A stretch of DNA of 64,000 nt, taken from assembly GCA_963825135.1 (NCBI GenBank), contig CAWGRW010000009.1:1472001-1536000 (forward strand), given 5' to 3'. Below, in pieces: positions 39,290 through 49,192 of this stretch. The stretch comes from an uncultured bacterium. Lineage in GTDB: Bacteria > Desulfobacterota_D > UBA1144 > Nemesobacterales > UBA2774. A program made the position numbers and the translations under genes. The notes under the pieces were generated by a model. The model searched no databases and was not told the origin of the DNA. It saw nothing but the letters and a program-made list of their open reading frames with translations. Every line of letters starts with the position of its first letter. The first letter of the stretch is position 1.

Positions 39290-39678
39290 TGTATAAGAAC
39301 ATCATAGCGATAATATCCGTAGCTTTAATGGCGATGGGCGGGTGCCAGGCGCCCGGAGGCGAAGGCGGGGGCGGCACTTCTCCCTTGGCCTTCCTGCCGT
39401 TCGTCCTGATATTCGTCCTGTTTTATTTCCTGATTCTGAGGCCCCAGCAGAAACAGGGCAAAAAAAAGGAAGAGCTGCTGAAGAGCCTTAAGCGCGGAGA
39501 CAATGTCATCACCGCCGGGGGTATCTACGGTAAGATAATGAACATCACGGAAGACGATATTGTAACGCTCGAGGTATCCAAGGGCGTAAGCATCCGCATC
39601 GCCCGCTCCGGTATTTCCGGGCTCGAGGGCCAGGCGAAGGAAGAACCAAAGGATAAGGAGGATAAATCCAAGAAATGA
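39289..39678 (+). CDS. yajC: Preprotein translocase subunit YajC
   Basis: FYFLILRPQQK...LKRGDNVITAGGIYGKI; lies between tgt and secD. Confidence 0.95.
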
Positions 39679-41273
39679 GAGCTTCCAGAGGATGGGTTAT
39701 TGCGATTCTCGTCTTTACCGTGCTGTCTGTGCTTTTAATGATCCCGACGGTTGCGGGCGACGCCCTTCCGAAATGGTGGGGAAAAATTTTCCCCGACAAG
39801 GGGATCAACCTCGGGCTTGATTTAAGAGGAGGGATTTTTCTTCTTGTTGGTGTGGACAGCGATAAGGCTATAGAGCATGAGCTTAACAGCATTAACGATT
39901 TTATGGGGCAGGAATTAAAAAACGAAAAGGTGCTGGTTAAGGGTTCTCAGATAACCGGTCAGGATCTGACGATGCAGTTTTTTTCGAAAGAGGACCTAGA
40001 TAAGGCGAAGAAGATCGCGGATGACAACTTCAAGGACAGGACCGATATTGACGAGAAAGATCTATCTTTGAAATTTGCCCTTAAGAGCAGATATCTAGAG
40101 GATGTACGCGTCAGGGCAATCGACCAGGTCAAGCAGGTGCTGGAAAACCGCATTCAGGAGATGGGGCTTGTCGAGCCATCCGTCCAGAAAGCGGGAGCGG
40201 GAAGGATATTGATACAGGTCCCGGGCGCTTCCGAAAAGGACAGGCAGAGAGTAATCGACATAATAAAGCGTTCTGCGGTGCTCCAGTTCAAGATCGTCAA
40301 GGATACGGGTCCTGACCAGGACGTCCTGCTTGCAAAATACGGCGTTAAGACGCCAGAAGAGCTCAAAGCCCAGGGCTTGACGCTCATTCCCGGGTCTACG
40401 GGGACCGAAAACGAGAAATTTTTTATCGCTACCGCCGATTCGCCGGTGACGGGCGAGTCTCTTTCCGACGCGAGGATCATATTCGACGAATTCGGCAGAC
40501 CCGCCGTCGGCTTTAACTTCAAAGGCCAGGGCGCGAGCAGATTCGGCGAGCTGACTGAGAAAAATATCGGCAAGAGACTTGCCATAGACCTCGACGGAAC
40601 AATCAAGTCCGCGCCGACTATTCAGGAGAGAATATCCTCCCAGGGGAGGATTACGGGTAGTTTTACACCCGATGAAGCGAAAGACCTGGCGCTCGTGCTG
40701 CGTTCGGGCGCCCTTCCGGTCCCGGTTAATATCGAGCAGGAAAGGACAGTGGGGCCGTCGCTCGGCAAGGACTCTATAGATAGCGGCATTCGCTCGATGG
40801 TCGTCGGGGGGCTGTTGGTCATCGTCTTCATGATCTTCTTCTACAAGCTGCAGGGCTTTGTCTCCGACCTCGCTCTCGCATTGAACATGCTGTTCATACT
40901 GGGTTTCCTTTCCGCCTTCGGAATTACGCTTACGCTTCCCGGCATAGCGGGTCTCGTCCTTACGATGGGTATGGCCGTTGACGGGAATATTATTATTCTC
41001 GAAAGGATTAAAGAGGAGATCAGGGCCGGGAAATCTCCCTTGGCGGCGATAGACGCGGGTTATGGAAGATCTCTATGGACCGTGCTCGACGCAAACATAA
41101 CGACCCTGATTACGGCCCTCATTCTGTTCTGGTTCGGCACCGGGCCGATAAAAGGCTTCGCAGCGACGGTTTCGATCGGTATTATTTCAACGGTTTTCAG
41201 CAACGTGGTTGTTGCTCGCGTAATGACCAATTTTATTTATCAGGATAGAAAAGTACCTGCTATAAGCATCTAA
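39675..41273 (+). CDS. secD: Protein translocase subunit SecD
   Basis: LGLDLRGG, LRSGALP, VGPSLG, TLTLPGIAG, MAVDGNIII.ERIKEE, DANITT. Confidence 0.98.
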   Translation: MRASRGWVIAILVFTVLSVLLMIPTVAGDALPKWWGKIFPDKGINLGLDLRGGIFLLVGVDSDKAIEHELNSINDFMGQELKNEKVLVKGSQITGQDLTMQFFSKEDLDKAKKIADDNFKDRTDIDEKDLSLKFALKSRYLEDVRVRAIDQVKQVLENRIQEMGLVEPSVQKAGAGRILIQVPGASEKDRQRVIDIIKRSAVLQFKIVKDTGPDQDVLLAKYGVKTPEELKAQGLTLIPGSTGTENEKFFIATADSPVTGESLSDARIIFDEFGRPAVGFNFKGQGASRFGELTEKNIGKRLAIDLDGTIKSAPTIQERISSQGRITGSFTPDEAKDLALVLRSGALPVPVNIEQERTVGPSLGKDSIDSGIRSMVVGGLLVIVFMIFFYKLQGFVSDLALALNMLFILGFLSAFGITLTLPGIAGLVLTMGMAVDGNIIILERIKEEIRAGKSPLAAIDAGYGRSLWTVLDANITTLITALILFWFGTGPIKGFAATVSIGIISTVFSNVVVARVMTNFIYQDRKVPAISI

Positions 41274-41299
41274 AGGACTACTCGGGAGGGTATCGTAAC

Positions 41300-42217
41300 T
41301 TGGATTTAATAAAACCTGGCACTCATATCGATTTCGTGGGGAAAATGGGAAAAGCCTTGGTAATATCGGGCGTACTCATCCTGATTTCGATAGCATCGGT
41401 AATATATCATAAGGGTCCTAACTGGGGGGTCGAGTTCACCGGCGGCAGTGAGATACAGATTAAACTCGCAAAGGACGTGAGCGTCGAGGATATCAGAGCC
41501 GTCCTGACAAAGTCCTCTTACCAGCCGGATGAAGTTCAGAGGCTCGGCCTTCAGAGCGAGCACGAGTACCTGATCAGGTTCAGCTCCGACGTCGTAAAAT
41601 TTGACCAGATACAGGGCTTTCAGAATAAGCTGAGAGAGATAATGGATTCGAATCCCGAGTTCCAGGGCGGTTCTATTTTGAGGGTCGATTATATAGGACC
41701 TAAAGTCGGCGCGGAACTGATAGAGAAGGCGATAATTGCCGTGTTATTGGGATGTGTCGGGATCCTCATATATGTAATGTTCAGGTTCGAGTTCGCTTTC
41801 GCAATGGGGGCCGTCCTCGCGCTCGTGCACGACACGGTCATAACCATAGGAGCCATATCCATTACGGATAAGGAATTCACTCTCACGATTGTAGCCGCCC
41901 TGCTGACGATAATCGGTTATTCGGTGAACGACACTATCATCATATTCGACAGAATTAGAGAGAATGTGAAGAAGGGCGGCGGTTTGAGCTTCGGGGAGAT
42001 CGTGAACAATTCCGTGAATCAAACCCTGTCGAGGACGATATTGACGAGCTTGACGGTTTTCCTCGTGTTGTTATCGCTTTTCTTCCTGGGCGGCTCGGTA
42101 ATACATGATTTCGCCTTTGCACTTATTGTGGGCGTCATAGTGGGTACTTACTCTTCGGTCTTTATAGCGAGCGCGCTCGTCATATACTGGAGAAGATTCA
42201 GAGGAATGACGAATTAA
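41300..42217 (+). CDS. secF: Protein translocase subunit SecF
   Basis: GVEFTGG, IGPKVG, ALVHD, IGYSVNDTIIIFDRIRE, QTLSRT. Confidence 0.98.
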   Translation: MDLIKPGTHIDFVGKMGKALVISGVLILISIASVIYHKGPNWGVEFTGGSEIQIKLAKDVSVEDIRAVLTKSSYQPDEVQRLGLQSEHEYLIRFSSDVVKFDQIQGFQNKLREIMDSNPEFQGGSILRVDYIGPKVGAELIEKAIIAVLLGCVGILIYVMFRFEFAFAMGAVLALVHDTVITIGAISITDKEFTLTIVAALLTIIGYSVNDTIIIFDRIRENVKKGGGLSFGEIVNNSVNQTLSRTILTSLTVFLVLLSLFFLGGSVIHDFAFALIVGVIVGTYSSVFIASALVIYWRRFRGMTN

Positions 42218-42621
42218 ATAACGGAAGCCCGCGGTTCGAGCTCTTTCGCTATATCCTCCAGGGACGGCACAGTCCCCGAGCTTACCGTTTTCCCGTTCAC
42301 GATGACAGCGGGCACCGGATACCAGAGCAGCAGGGTCCTTATGGAAGAAATTAGAGGCCCGCGGCGCCTTAAAATGTCTTTAATCACCGCGGGTATGACG
42401 TATATATAGTCTTTGGGCTCGATCTGTATTATCTCCACTTCGTCTTCCGAGTACCTTTCCCTGATTTCCCTGTGGAGCCTCCCGCATTCCCCCGCCGATT
42501 CCCTTATCTCATGGTACGAGGGTTCCTTCTTTGCATGCTCCCCCATGCCTCCCGAGCAGCATATGCACCCGCTTCCCGAATCGCTCTCCCTCACTATGAT
42601 AACGGTCGAGTCGCTAATCGT
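42214..42621 (-). CDS. CstA-associated Cys-rich thioredoxin-like (ArsD-like) protein; non-canonical start
   Basis: [18 protein letters not shown] near the N-terminus and [22 protein letters not shown] at the C-terminus; SD AAGGAGG (42628-42634) lies 6 nt before in-frame ACG at 42621, overlapping the cstA stop. Confidence 0.7.
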   Translation of the reverse strand, partial: TISDSTVIIVRESDSGSGCICCSGGMGEHAKKEPSYHEIRESAGECGRLHREIRERYSEDEVEIIQIEPKDYIYVIPAVIKDILRRRGPLISSIRTLLLWYPVPAVIVNGKTVSSGTVPSLEDIAKELEPRASVI

Positions 42622-44443
42622 GAGCCGCCTCCTTTTCAGGGAGTGTCTCCGCTTTCTTTTCGGCGGGTGACGCCTTGATCCATACCCTGATCGAATCAAT
42701 AATGATTATTATAGCGCAGAGCATAATCACGGCCGTGAAAATTATGTTCACGTACCCCTGGAGCGCGAAGCCTTCCTTCCCGGCAAGCGGAATGTAATTC
42801 TTCGTGATATTCAGCCACGCGGCCGTGAGCGTCGTCGCCATGACGAATGCCATCGGCACGAGGGTAACCCATGCGTATTTCGCCCTGCCGAGCTTGATGA
42901 TGAACGTCGTCCCGACGCAGAGCGCGATTCCGGCCAGCAGCTGGTTCGCCGTTCCGAACATGGGCCAGATTGTGCTGATGCTCCCGGTGAGCACGAAGTA
43001 TCCCCAGGCGCAGGATATGAGGGCGCTCGAAATCACCGCCGACGGCAGGTGGTCTATCCTCTCGAACGGTTTATAAAACCTCCCGCCGAACTCCTGTATC
43101 ATGAACCTGGCGACCCTCGTCCCCGTGTCTATGGTCGTCAGTATGAAGAGTGCTTCGAACATTATCGCGAAATGGTACCAGTAGTCCATCAGTCGGCTCA
43201 TTCCCGGGAGCGCCGTGAATATCTGGGCCATCCCCACGGCGAGGGAAACTGCTCCGCCCGTCCTTCCGTACAGGCTTTCCCCGACCTGCGCCGAGAGATG
43301 GTCGAGGTTCACGGTGCTCAGGCCGAGCGTTTCGAATATCGGCGCGGGGACGTTTATGGCGAAGTAGTCGCCGGGGAAGAGGGCGGTCGCGGCGATGAGC
43401 GCGAGGATTGCGATGAACCCCTCTATCAGCATCGCGACGAACCCTATCGTTTTGATATCCGATTCCTTCGAGACCATTTTGGGAGAAGTACCAGATGCGA
43501 CGAGCGCGTGGAACCCCGAGATCGCGCCGCAGGCGATTGTTATGAAGGTGAAAGGGAACAACGCCCCCGGTATTATGGGCCCTCCGCCATGTATATACCG
43601 GGTCAGGGCCGGCATCTTGAGCTCGGGGTCGACGATGATTATCCCGACGGCGAGAAATATTATAGTGCCGATTTTCATGAAAGAACTAAGATAATCCCTC
43701 GGACAGAGGAGGAGCCAGACGGGCATTATCGAGGCGGCAAAACCGTAAATGAGTATGAATATGGTTATCTTGGTTTTCGGAAGCATGAAATAGGGCGCGA
43801 GCGAAGAGTGCGCTATGTCCTTCCCGAAATAGACGGCGCAAATGAGCAGGATTACGCCTATGACCGTGGCTTCCACTATCCTTCCTTTCCTGAACCTGTA
43901 CATGTAGAGTCCCATAAAGAAGGCGATCGGTATGGTGCACCCTATAGTGAACACCCCCCATGAGCTTTCCGCGAGCGCGTTTACTACGGCGAGCCCGAGC
44001 CCTGCCAATGCTATGACGAGTATGAACAGGACCGCGATCGAGGCTATGATCCCCGAAAGCGGGCTGATTTCCGCCTTCGCTATCTCCGCTAGGGATTTTC
44101 CCCCGTGCCTTACCGATGCGAAGAATATGATAAAGTCATGTACCGCGCCCGCGAGCACTACGCCTATCAATATCCAGAGATAACCCGGCAGCACCCCGAA
44201 CTGGGCGGCGAGGACGGGCCCTATCAGGGGCCCCGCTCCCGTAATGGCGGCGAAGTGATGTCCGAAGAGCACCCATTTATTCGTCGGGAAGTAGTTCTGA
44301 CCGTCATACATCGTGTATGCGGGGGTTTTTCTCGAATCGTCCAGCACCGCGACCCTGGCGGCGATAAACCCGTGGTAATACCTGTAGAAAATCACCATGA
44401 CGCAAAGAGCCGCTACGACCAGAGGCATGGCGTGTATGGTCAT
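42614..44443 (-). CDS. cstA: Carbon starvation protein A family transporter
   Basis: [68 protein letters not shown]. Confidence 0.97.
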   Translation of the reverse strand: MTIHAMPLVVAALCVMVIFYRYYHGFIAARVAVLDDSRKTPAYTMYDGQNYFPTNKWVLFGHHFAAITGAGPLIGPVLAAQFGVLPGYLWILIGVVLAGAVHDFIIFFASVRHGGKSLAEIAKAEISPLSGIIASIAVLFILVIALAGLGLAVVNALAESSWGVFTIGCTIPIAFFMGLYMYRFRKGRIVEATVIGVILLICAVYFGKDIAHSSLAPYFMLPKTKITIFILIYGFAASIMPVWLLLCPRDYLSSFMKIGTIIFLAVGIIIVDPELKMPALTRYIHGGGPIIPGALFPFTFITIACGAISGFHALVASGTSPKMVSKESDIKTIGFVAMLIEGFIAILALIAATALFPGDYFAINVPAPIFETLGLSTVNLDHLSAQVGESLYGRTGGAVSLAVGMAQIFTALPGMSRLMDYWYHFAIMFEALFILTTIDTGTRVARFMIQEFGGRFYKPFERIDHLPSAVISSALISCAWGYFVLTGSISTIWPMFGTANQLLAGIALCVGTTFIIKLGRAKYAWVTLVPMAFVMATTLTAAWLNITKNYIPLAGKEGFALQGYVNIIFTAVIMLCAIIIIIDSIRVWIKASPAEKKAETLPEKEAAHD

Positions 44444-44644
44444 CTGGGTGACCTCGTTTCAGAATCAATATCGAAGGGGGCGATCATGATCTCGTTAATC
44501 GGCCGTATTCATCATTCCCGGTTGTTTTTATCATGAAACCGGCGCTCCGCCGGATATGAAGATACAGCAAATGGATCATAAACTCAAAAAACCTGCCGTT
44601 TATGGAACGACGGTATCTATTTTATGCCCCTCGCATCATTCTCC

Positions 44645-44672
44645 TTGACTTTATTGTGTATTCTGATATGTT
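44645..44672 (+). promoter_or_regulatory. Putative sigma70 promoter for hppA
   Basis: TTGACT-N16-TATGTT with extended -10 TG; implies a leader of about 210 nt. Confidence 0.45.
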
Positions 44673-44892
44673 TTCCGCATCTTTGGGAGGAATGAGGTTA
44701 TAAATTGCTTCGATCGAGGTACGGAAACGTTAGTAAGAGTACCTGCCGGGAATGTGTGTTCCGCTCATTTTTATTTTTAAATTCAGGCAGTTCCAGCATA
44801 GCTAGAAAATCCCCCGGTTTACACCTCGCCCCCCGCACGACAATAATCTGAAAATTGCAGAATGTTATCAATAAAACAAAGGAGAATTTGAT

Positions 44893-47016
44893 ATGGAGAT
44901 AAGCAGCCACACATTAATTTTGCTTGTTTTAGGCATAAGCGTGCTTTCTCTGGCTTTCGCGGGATATCTTGCGAAGTTCGTGCTCAGTTCCGATGTGGGC
45001 ACGACCGCGATGCAGGAGATAAGTAACGCGATTAAGGAAGGAGCGGAGGCGTTTCTCAAGAGACAGTACTCGACTATTATCATGATGAGTCTCGCTCTCG
45101 CTGCACTTATGTTCCTGGTTTACTGGTTCCTCGCCGGCGATAAGGATACCGCCTGGCGTACTACAGTCGCATTTCTTTTCGGAGCGGGCTGCTCGGCTCT
45201 TGCTGGATATATAGGGATGTGGATATCGATAAGGACGAACATCCGTACCGCGAGCGCCGTCAGGTCGAGTCTCGACAGGGCGCTCAGGATTTCGTTCAGG
45301 GGCGGGGCGGTATCGGGTATCACGATCGTCGCCATGAGTCTTCTAGGCGTTGGCATTCTCTTCGTGCTCTACGGCGGATATAGTGATAATGCGGAAGTGC
45401 TGAAGAGGGTCCCGTATCTTATAGTCGGGTACGGATTCGGAGCGAGCTTCGTCGCGCTTTTCGCTCAGCTGGGAGGCGGTATTTACACTAAAGCGGCTGA
45501 CGTCGGAGCCGACCTCGTCGGCAAGGTCGAAGCCGGGATACCCGAAGACGACCCAAGGAACCCCGCCGTTATAGCCGACCTCGTCGGTGATAACGTCGGC
45601 GACTGCGCCGGCCGTGGAGCCGACCTCTTTGAGTCGACCGCCGCAGAAAACATAGGCGCCATGATTTTGGGTGTTGCCCTCTTCCCTCACTTCGGGATCA
45701 AGGGGATACTCTTCCCGCTCGTCGCCCGTGCCTTCGGTCTCATAGCGAGCATGATTGGAATAACGTTGGTTAAGTTAAAAAATGAAAATGAAGACCCCAT
45801 GGAGTCGCTCAACCGCGGCTACTACATCACCTGCATCCTTGCGGCCGCAGGGTTTTTCGTTGCGACGTATCTCCTGCTTAACAACAACCTCTGGTTGTTC
45901 CTCTCAGGCGTGATCGGTATCGCGACGAGCATCGCGTTCGTTTACATCACACAATACTATACGGAATACAGATACCGTCCGGTGCAGTTCATAGCCGAAG
46001 CGTCTCAAACGGGTCCCGCTACCAACATCATAGCCGGTCTCGCGGTAGGCCTCGAGTGTACCGCCCTCCCCGTGCTTGCTATTTCCGCGGCTCTTATAAG
46101 CTCATATTACTGCGGAATGCACGGACTTAAGGAGTTTGCCGATATTTCACGGAACGCCGCGGGTCTATACGGCACTGCAATCGCCTGTATGGGAATGCTG
46201 GGTACGGCGGCATACATCCTTGCCATGGATACCTTCGGGCCTATTACGGACAACGCCGGCGGTATAGTTGAAATGAGCAAGCAGCCTGAAGAAATTAGAA
46301 ACAAGACGGACAGGCTCGATGCGGTCGGAAACACGACCAAGGCCCTCACCAAGGGATACGCTATAGGCTCTGCTGCTCTCGCGGCGTTCCTTCTCTTCTC
46401 GGCTTACATGGACGAAGTCTCACACCTCACCGGAAAGCTTTTCGATACCGTTGACATTGCCCAGGTCCAGGTCTTCGTGGGCGGACTCTTGGGAGCGATG
46501 TTGGTCTTCCTCTTCAGCTCGCTCGCGATAAGGGCTGTAGCCAGAGCGGCGTACTATGTAATCAGCGACGTACGCGCTCAGTTCAAGGAAAACCCGGGTA
46601 TCCTCCAGGGCACTTCCAAGCCTGACTACGCCAGGTGCGTCGATATCGTCACGAAGGGCGCTCTCAAGGAAATGATCCCTCCCGGGCTTCTCGCCGTCTG
46701 CATGCCTATAGCGGTAGGACTCGTATTCAAGCAGTTCGGTCTCGGTGCAGAGGCTGTGGCCGCGTTCCTGATGGTGGGAACGATAGCAGGCATCCTGCTC
46801 GCGACGTTTATGAATAACGGCGGCGGCGCCTGGGACAACGCGAAGAAATTCGTGGAGATGGGGAACTACGGCGGTAAGAAGTCAGAGACGCATAAAGCTA
46901 CAATAGTAGGCGACACGGTCGGCGACCCGTTCAAGGACACGGCAGGCCCGTCTATACACGTGCTGATCAAGCTTCTCTCGACGATTACGCTCGTGCTCGC
47001 GCCGTTGTTTATCTAA
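44893..47016 (+). CDS. hppA: Membrane-bound H+-translocating pyrophosphatase, K+-independent type
   Basis: GGGIYTKAADVGADLVGKVE, DNVGD, GPITDNAGG, DAVGNTTKALTKG, GGAWDNAKK, GDTVGDPFKDTAGP. Confidence 0.97.
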   Translation: MEISSHTLILLVLGISVLSLAFAGYLAKFVLSSDVGTTAMQEISNAIKEGAEAFLKRQYSTIIMMSLALAALMFLVYWFLAGDKDTAWRTTVAFLFGAGCSALAGYIGMWISIRTNIRTASAVRSSLDRALRISFRGGAVSGITIVAMSLLGVGILFVLYGGYSDNAEVLKRVPYLIVGYGFGASFVALFAQLGGGIYTKAADVGADLVGKVEAGIPEDDPRNPAVIADLVGDNVGDCAGRGADLFESTAAENIGAMILGVALFPHFGIKGILFPLVARAFGLIASMIGITLVKLKNENEDPMESLNRGYYITCILAAAGFFVATYLLLNNNLWLFLSGVIGIATSIAFVYITQYYTEYRYRPVQFIAEASQTGPATNIIAGLAVGLECTALPVLAISAALISSYYCGMHGLKEFADISRNAAGLYGTAIACMGMLGTAAYILAMDTFGPITDNAGGIVEMSKQPEEIRNKTDRLDAVGNTTKALTKGYAIGSAALAAFLLFSAYMDEVSHLTGKLFDTVDIAQVQVFVGGLLGAMLVFLFSSLAIRAVARAAYYVISDVRAQFKENPGILQGTSKPDYARCVDIVTKGALKEMIPPGLLAVCMPIAVGLVFKQFGLGAEAVAAFLMVGTIAGILLATFMNNGGGAWDNAKKFVEMGNYGGKKSETHKATIVGDTVGDPFKDTAGPSIHVLIKLLSTITLVLAPLFI

Positions 47017-47049
47017 TTTTTAGAGAGTAATATTCAGGAGGCCCTGTTG

Positions 47050-48489
47050 ATGTTGAAACAACTCCTGAAACGAAAAAATATAAGCCGGATAATGGTTGAA
47101 GCGGACGAGCGGCACGGTCTAAAACGTGTGCTCGGTCCGCTTGATCTGGTTAGCCTCGGCGTCGGGATCATAATCGGCGCCGGTATTTTCGTCGTTACGG
47201 GCCAGGCGGCTGCCCAGTACGCGGGACCCGCAATATCGCTCTCCTTCGTTCTATCCGGTTTCGGCTGCGTTTTGGCGGGTTTGTGTTATGCCGAAATGGC
47301 CTCGATGATCCATGTCTCCGGGAGCGCATATACCTATGCGTATGCCACGCTCGGGCAATTTATCGCGTGGGTGATCGGGTGGGACCTCATTCTCGAGTAC
47401 CTCTTCGCAAGCTCGACTGTCTCGGTAGGCTGGTCGGGCTACGTCGTGAGTTTCCTCAAGGACTTCGGCTACATAGTTCCCGACATCATATCGAAGGCAC
47501 CTTTATCCTACGACCCTCATGCCGGATGGGCTTTCACGGGCGCGGTTATCAATCTCCCCGCCATACTTATCGTTCTCGCCGCGATGACGCTCCTGACCCT
47601 AGGTATCAGGGAATCGGCGGCGGCGAACAGCATTATCGTGATTATGAAGCTCGCGGTTCTGCTGGTCTTCATCGGGGTCGGCTTTTTCTATATAAACAAG
47701 GAGAACTGGCACCCGTTCATACCCCCTAATACAGGATCGTTCGGTCATTTCGGATGGAGCGGAGTGCTCCGGGGCGCGGGCGTGATATTCTTCGCTTATA
47801 TAGGCTTCGACGCCGTTTCTACCGCAGCGCAGGAAACACGAAACCCGCAGCGTAACGTGCCTATAGGCATACTCGGCTCTTTGCTCGTCGCGACTGTTTT
47901 ATATATCGTAGTAGCGCTTGTTCTAACGGGCGTCGTGAAATATTCGATATTGAACGTGCCCGATCCGATCGCGGTGGCCGTCGATTTTATGGGGGAGAAG
48001 CTCTACTGGCTCCGCCCGTTGATAAAGATAGGGGCGATTGCCGGCCTCACGTCCGTTATCCTCGTGCTCCTGTTCGGGCAGACCAGGATATTCTATTCGA
48101 TGGCGCGCGACAAAATGCTGCCCGGACGGTTCGCGGCCTTGCATCCCGTATACAGGACCCCGATATTTACTACGATTCTGACTGGGGTCTCCGCTTCTTT
48201 TATCGCGGGAATATTCCCTATAGGAATACTGGGAGAGCTGGTATCGATAGGGACCCTGTTCGCTTTCGTGATAGTCTGCGCCGGGGTGCTTGTGCTCCGA
48301 TATACCGACCCCGGGCTTCCGAGGCCCTTTAAGGTCCCGTTTTTTCCCCTTGTCCCGATACTGGGCGCGTGCGTGAGCTTCCTTCAGATGGCGGCGCTTC
48401 CTATGAGTACGTGGTTAAGGCTGATTATCTGGATGCTGATCGGGTTCGCGATATATTTCCTGTACTCCCGGAAACATGCCGTGATCTGA
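47050..48489 (+). CDS. APC-superfamily amino acid permease (CAT/YfnA-like)
   Basis: GIIIGAGIF, GLCYAEMAS, GSAYTYAY, IGWDLILEY, FFAYIGFDAVST, SIGTLFAF. Confidence 0.95.
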   Translation: MLKQLLKRKNISRIMVEADERHGLKRVLGPLDLVSLGVGIIIGAGIFVVTGQAAAQYAGPAISLSFVLSGFGCVLAGLCYAEMASMIHVSGSAYTYAYATLGQFIAWVIGWDLILEYLFASSTVSVGWSGYVVSFLKDFGYIVPDIISKAPLSYDPHAGWAFTGAVINLPAILIVLAAMTLLTLGIRESAAANSIIVIMKLAVLLVFIGVGFFYINKENWHPFIPPNTGSFGHFGWSGVLRGAGVIFFAYIGFDAVSTAAQETRNPQRNVPIGILGSLLVATVLYIVVALVLTGVVKYSILNVPDPIAVAVDFMGEKLYWLRPLIKIGAIAGLTSVILVLLFGQTRIFYSMARDKMLPGRFAALHPVYRTPIFTTILTGVSASFIAGIFPIGILGELVSIGTLFAFVIVCAGVLVLRYTDPGLPRPFKVPFFPLVPILGACVSFLQMAALPMSTWLRLIIWMLIGFAIYFLYSRKHAVI

Positions 48490-48596
48490 TCAGGATCAGC
48501 ATGTAAGGGGGCGCCGCACTCTGGCGAACAAACCGAACTCAAGTTTGCGAATAATAAGTTGGATAAGCGCATTTTTGTAGGTAAATCTATTTAATC

Positions 48597-49103
48597 ATGG
48601 ATTACGTCGTCCTCGCCTTCTACCTGCTAATATCCCTCGCGGGTCTCGTTACCCTCATATTCGGCCTCCCGGGTACTTTCATCATACTCGGAGCCTCTGT
48701 CCTCTACGGCTGGTACGGCGGTTTTCAGGAGATTACCGTCAAAATAATCGTTATTCTGGTAGTTCTCGCGCTCGCCGGGGAGCTTATAGAGCTCCTTCTC
48801 GGCATATTGGGGGCTAAAAAATACGAATCGAGCAACAGGGCCATTGTGGGCTCTATAATCTTCGGCATCATCGGCGCCGTCCTGGGCGCGCCATTTTTTT
48901 TCGGCATTGGGGCTGTCCTGGGCGCGTTTGCGGGGGCTTTCGCCGGGGCGATATTGATCGAGCTCTCGCAGGGAAAAAAGATGGACGAAGCCATCAAATC
49001 TGGCTGGGGGGCGTTCCTGGGCAGGGTCGCCGGGACCATTTCAAAGGGCGCCCTGGGAATAGCGATGATAGCAATAACCGTGACGGCCGTGCTCAAAAAT
49101 TAA
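48597..49103 (+). CDS. DUF456 (YqgC-like) membrane protein
   Basis: GLPGT, GAKKY.SS, Gly-rich TM helices, GAFAGAILIEL. Confidence 0.85.
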   Translation: MDYVVLAFYLLISLAGLVTLIFGLPGTFIILGASVLYGWYGGFQEITVKIIVILVVLALAGELIELLLGILGAKKYESSNRAIVGSIIFGIIGAVLGAPFFFGIGAVLGAFAGAFAGAILIELSQGKKMDEAIKSGWGAFLGRVAGTISKGALGIAMIAITVTAVLKN

Positions 49104-49192
49104 TACACGACTATCATTCGTCGGTCGGTATAGATGTAAATTCTCGTTATGGTAGATTATTCTCCGGATTTCGATGATTTTGGCGGAGCGAA

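Noticed and set aside
44692..44703. Mini-ORF ATG AGG TTA TAA in the hppA leader
   Set aside because: Three codons only, and the GGAGG is too close to the ATG to act as an SD.
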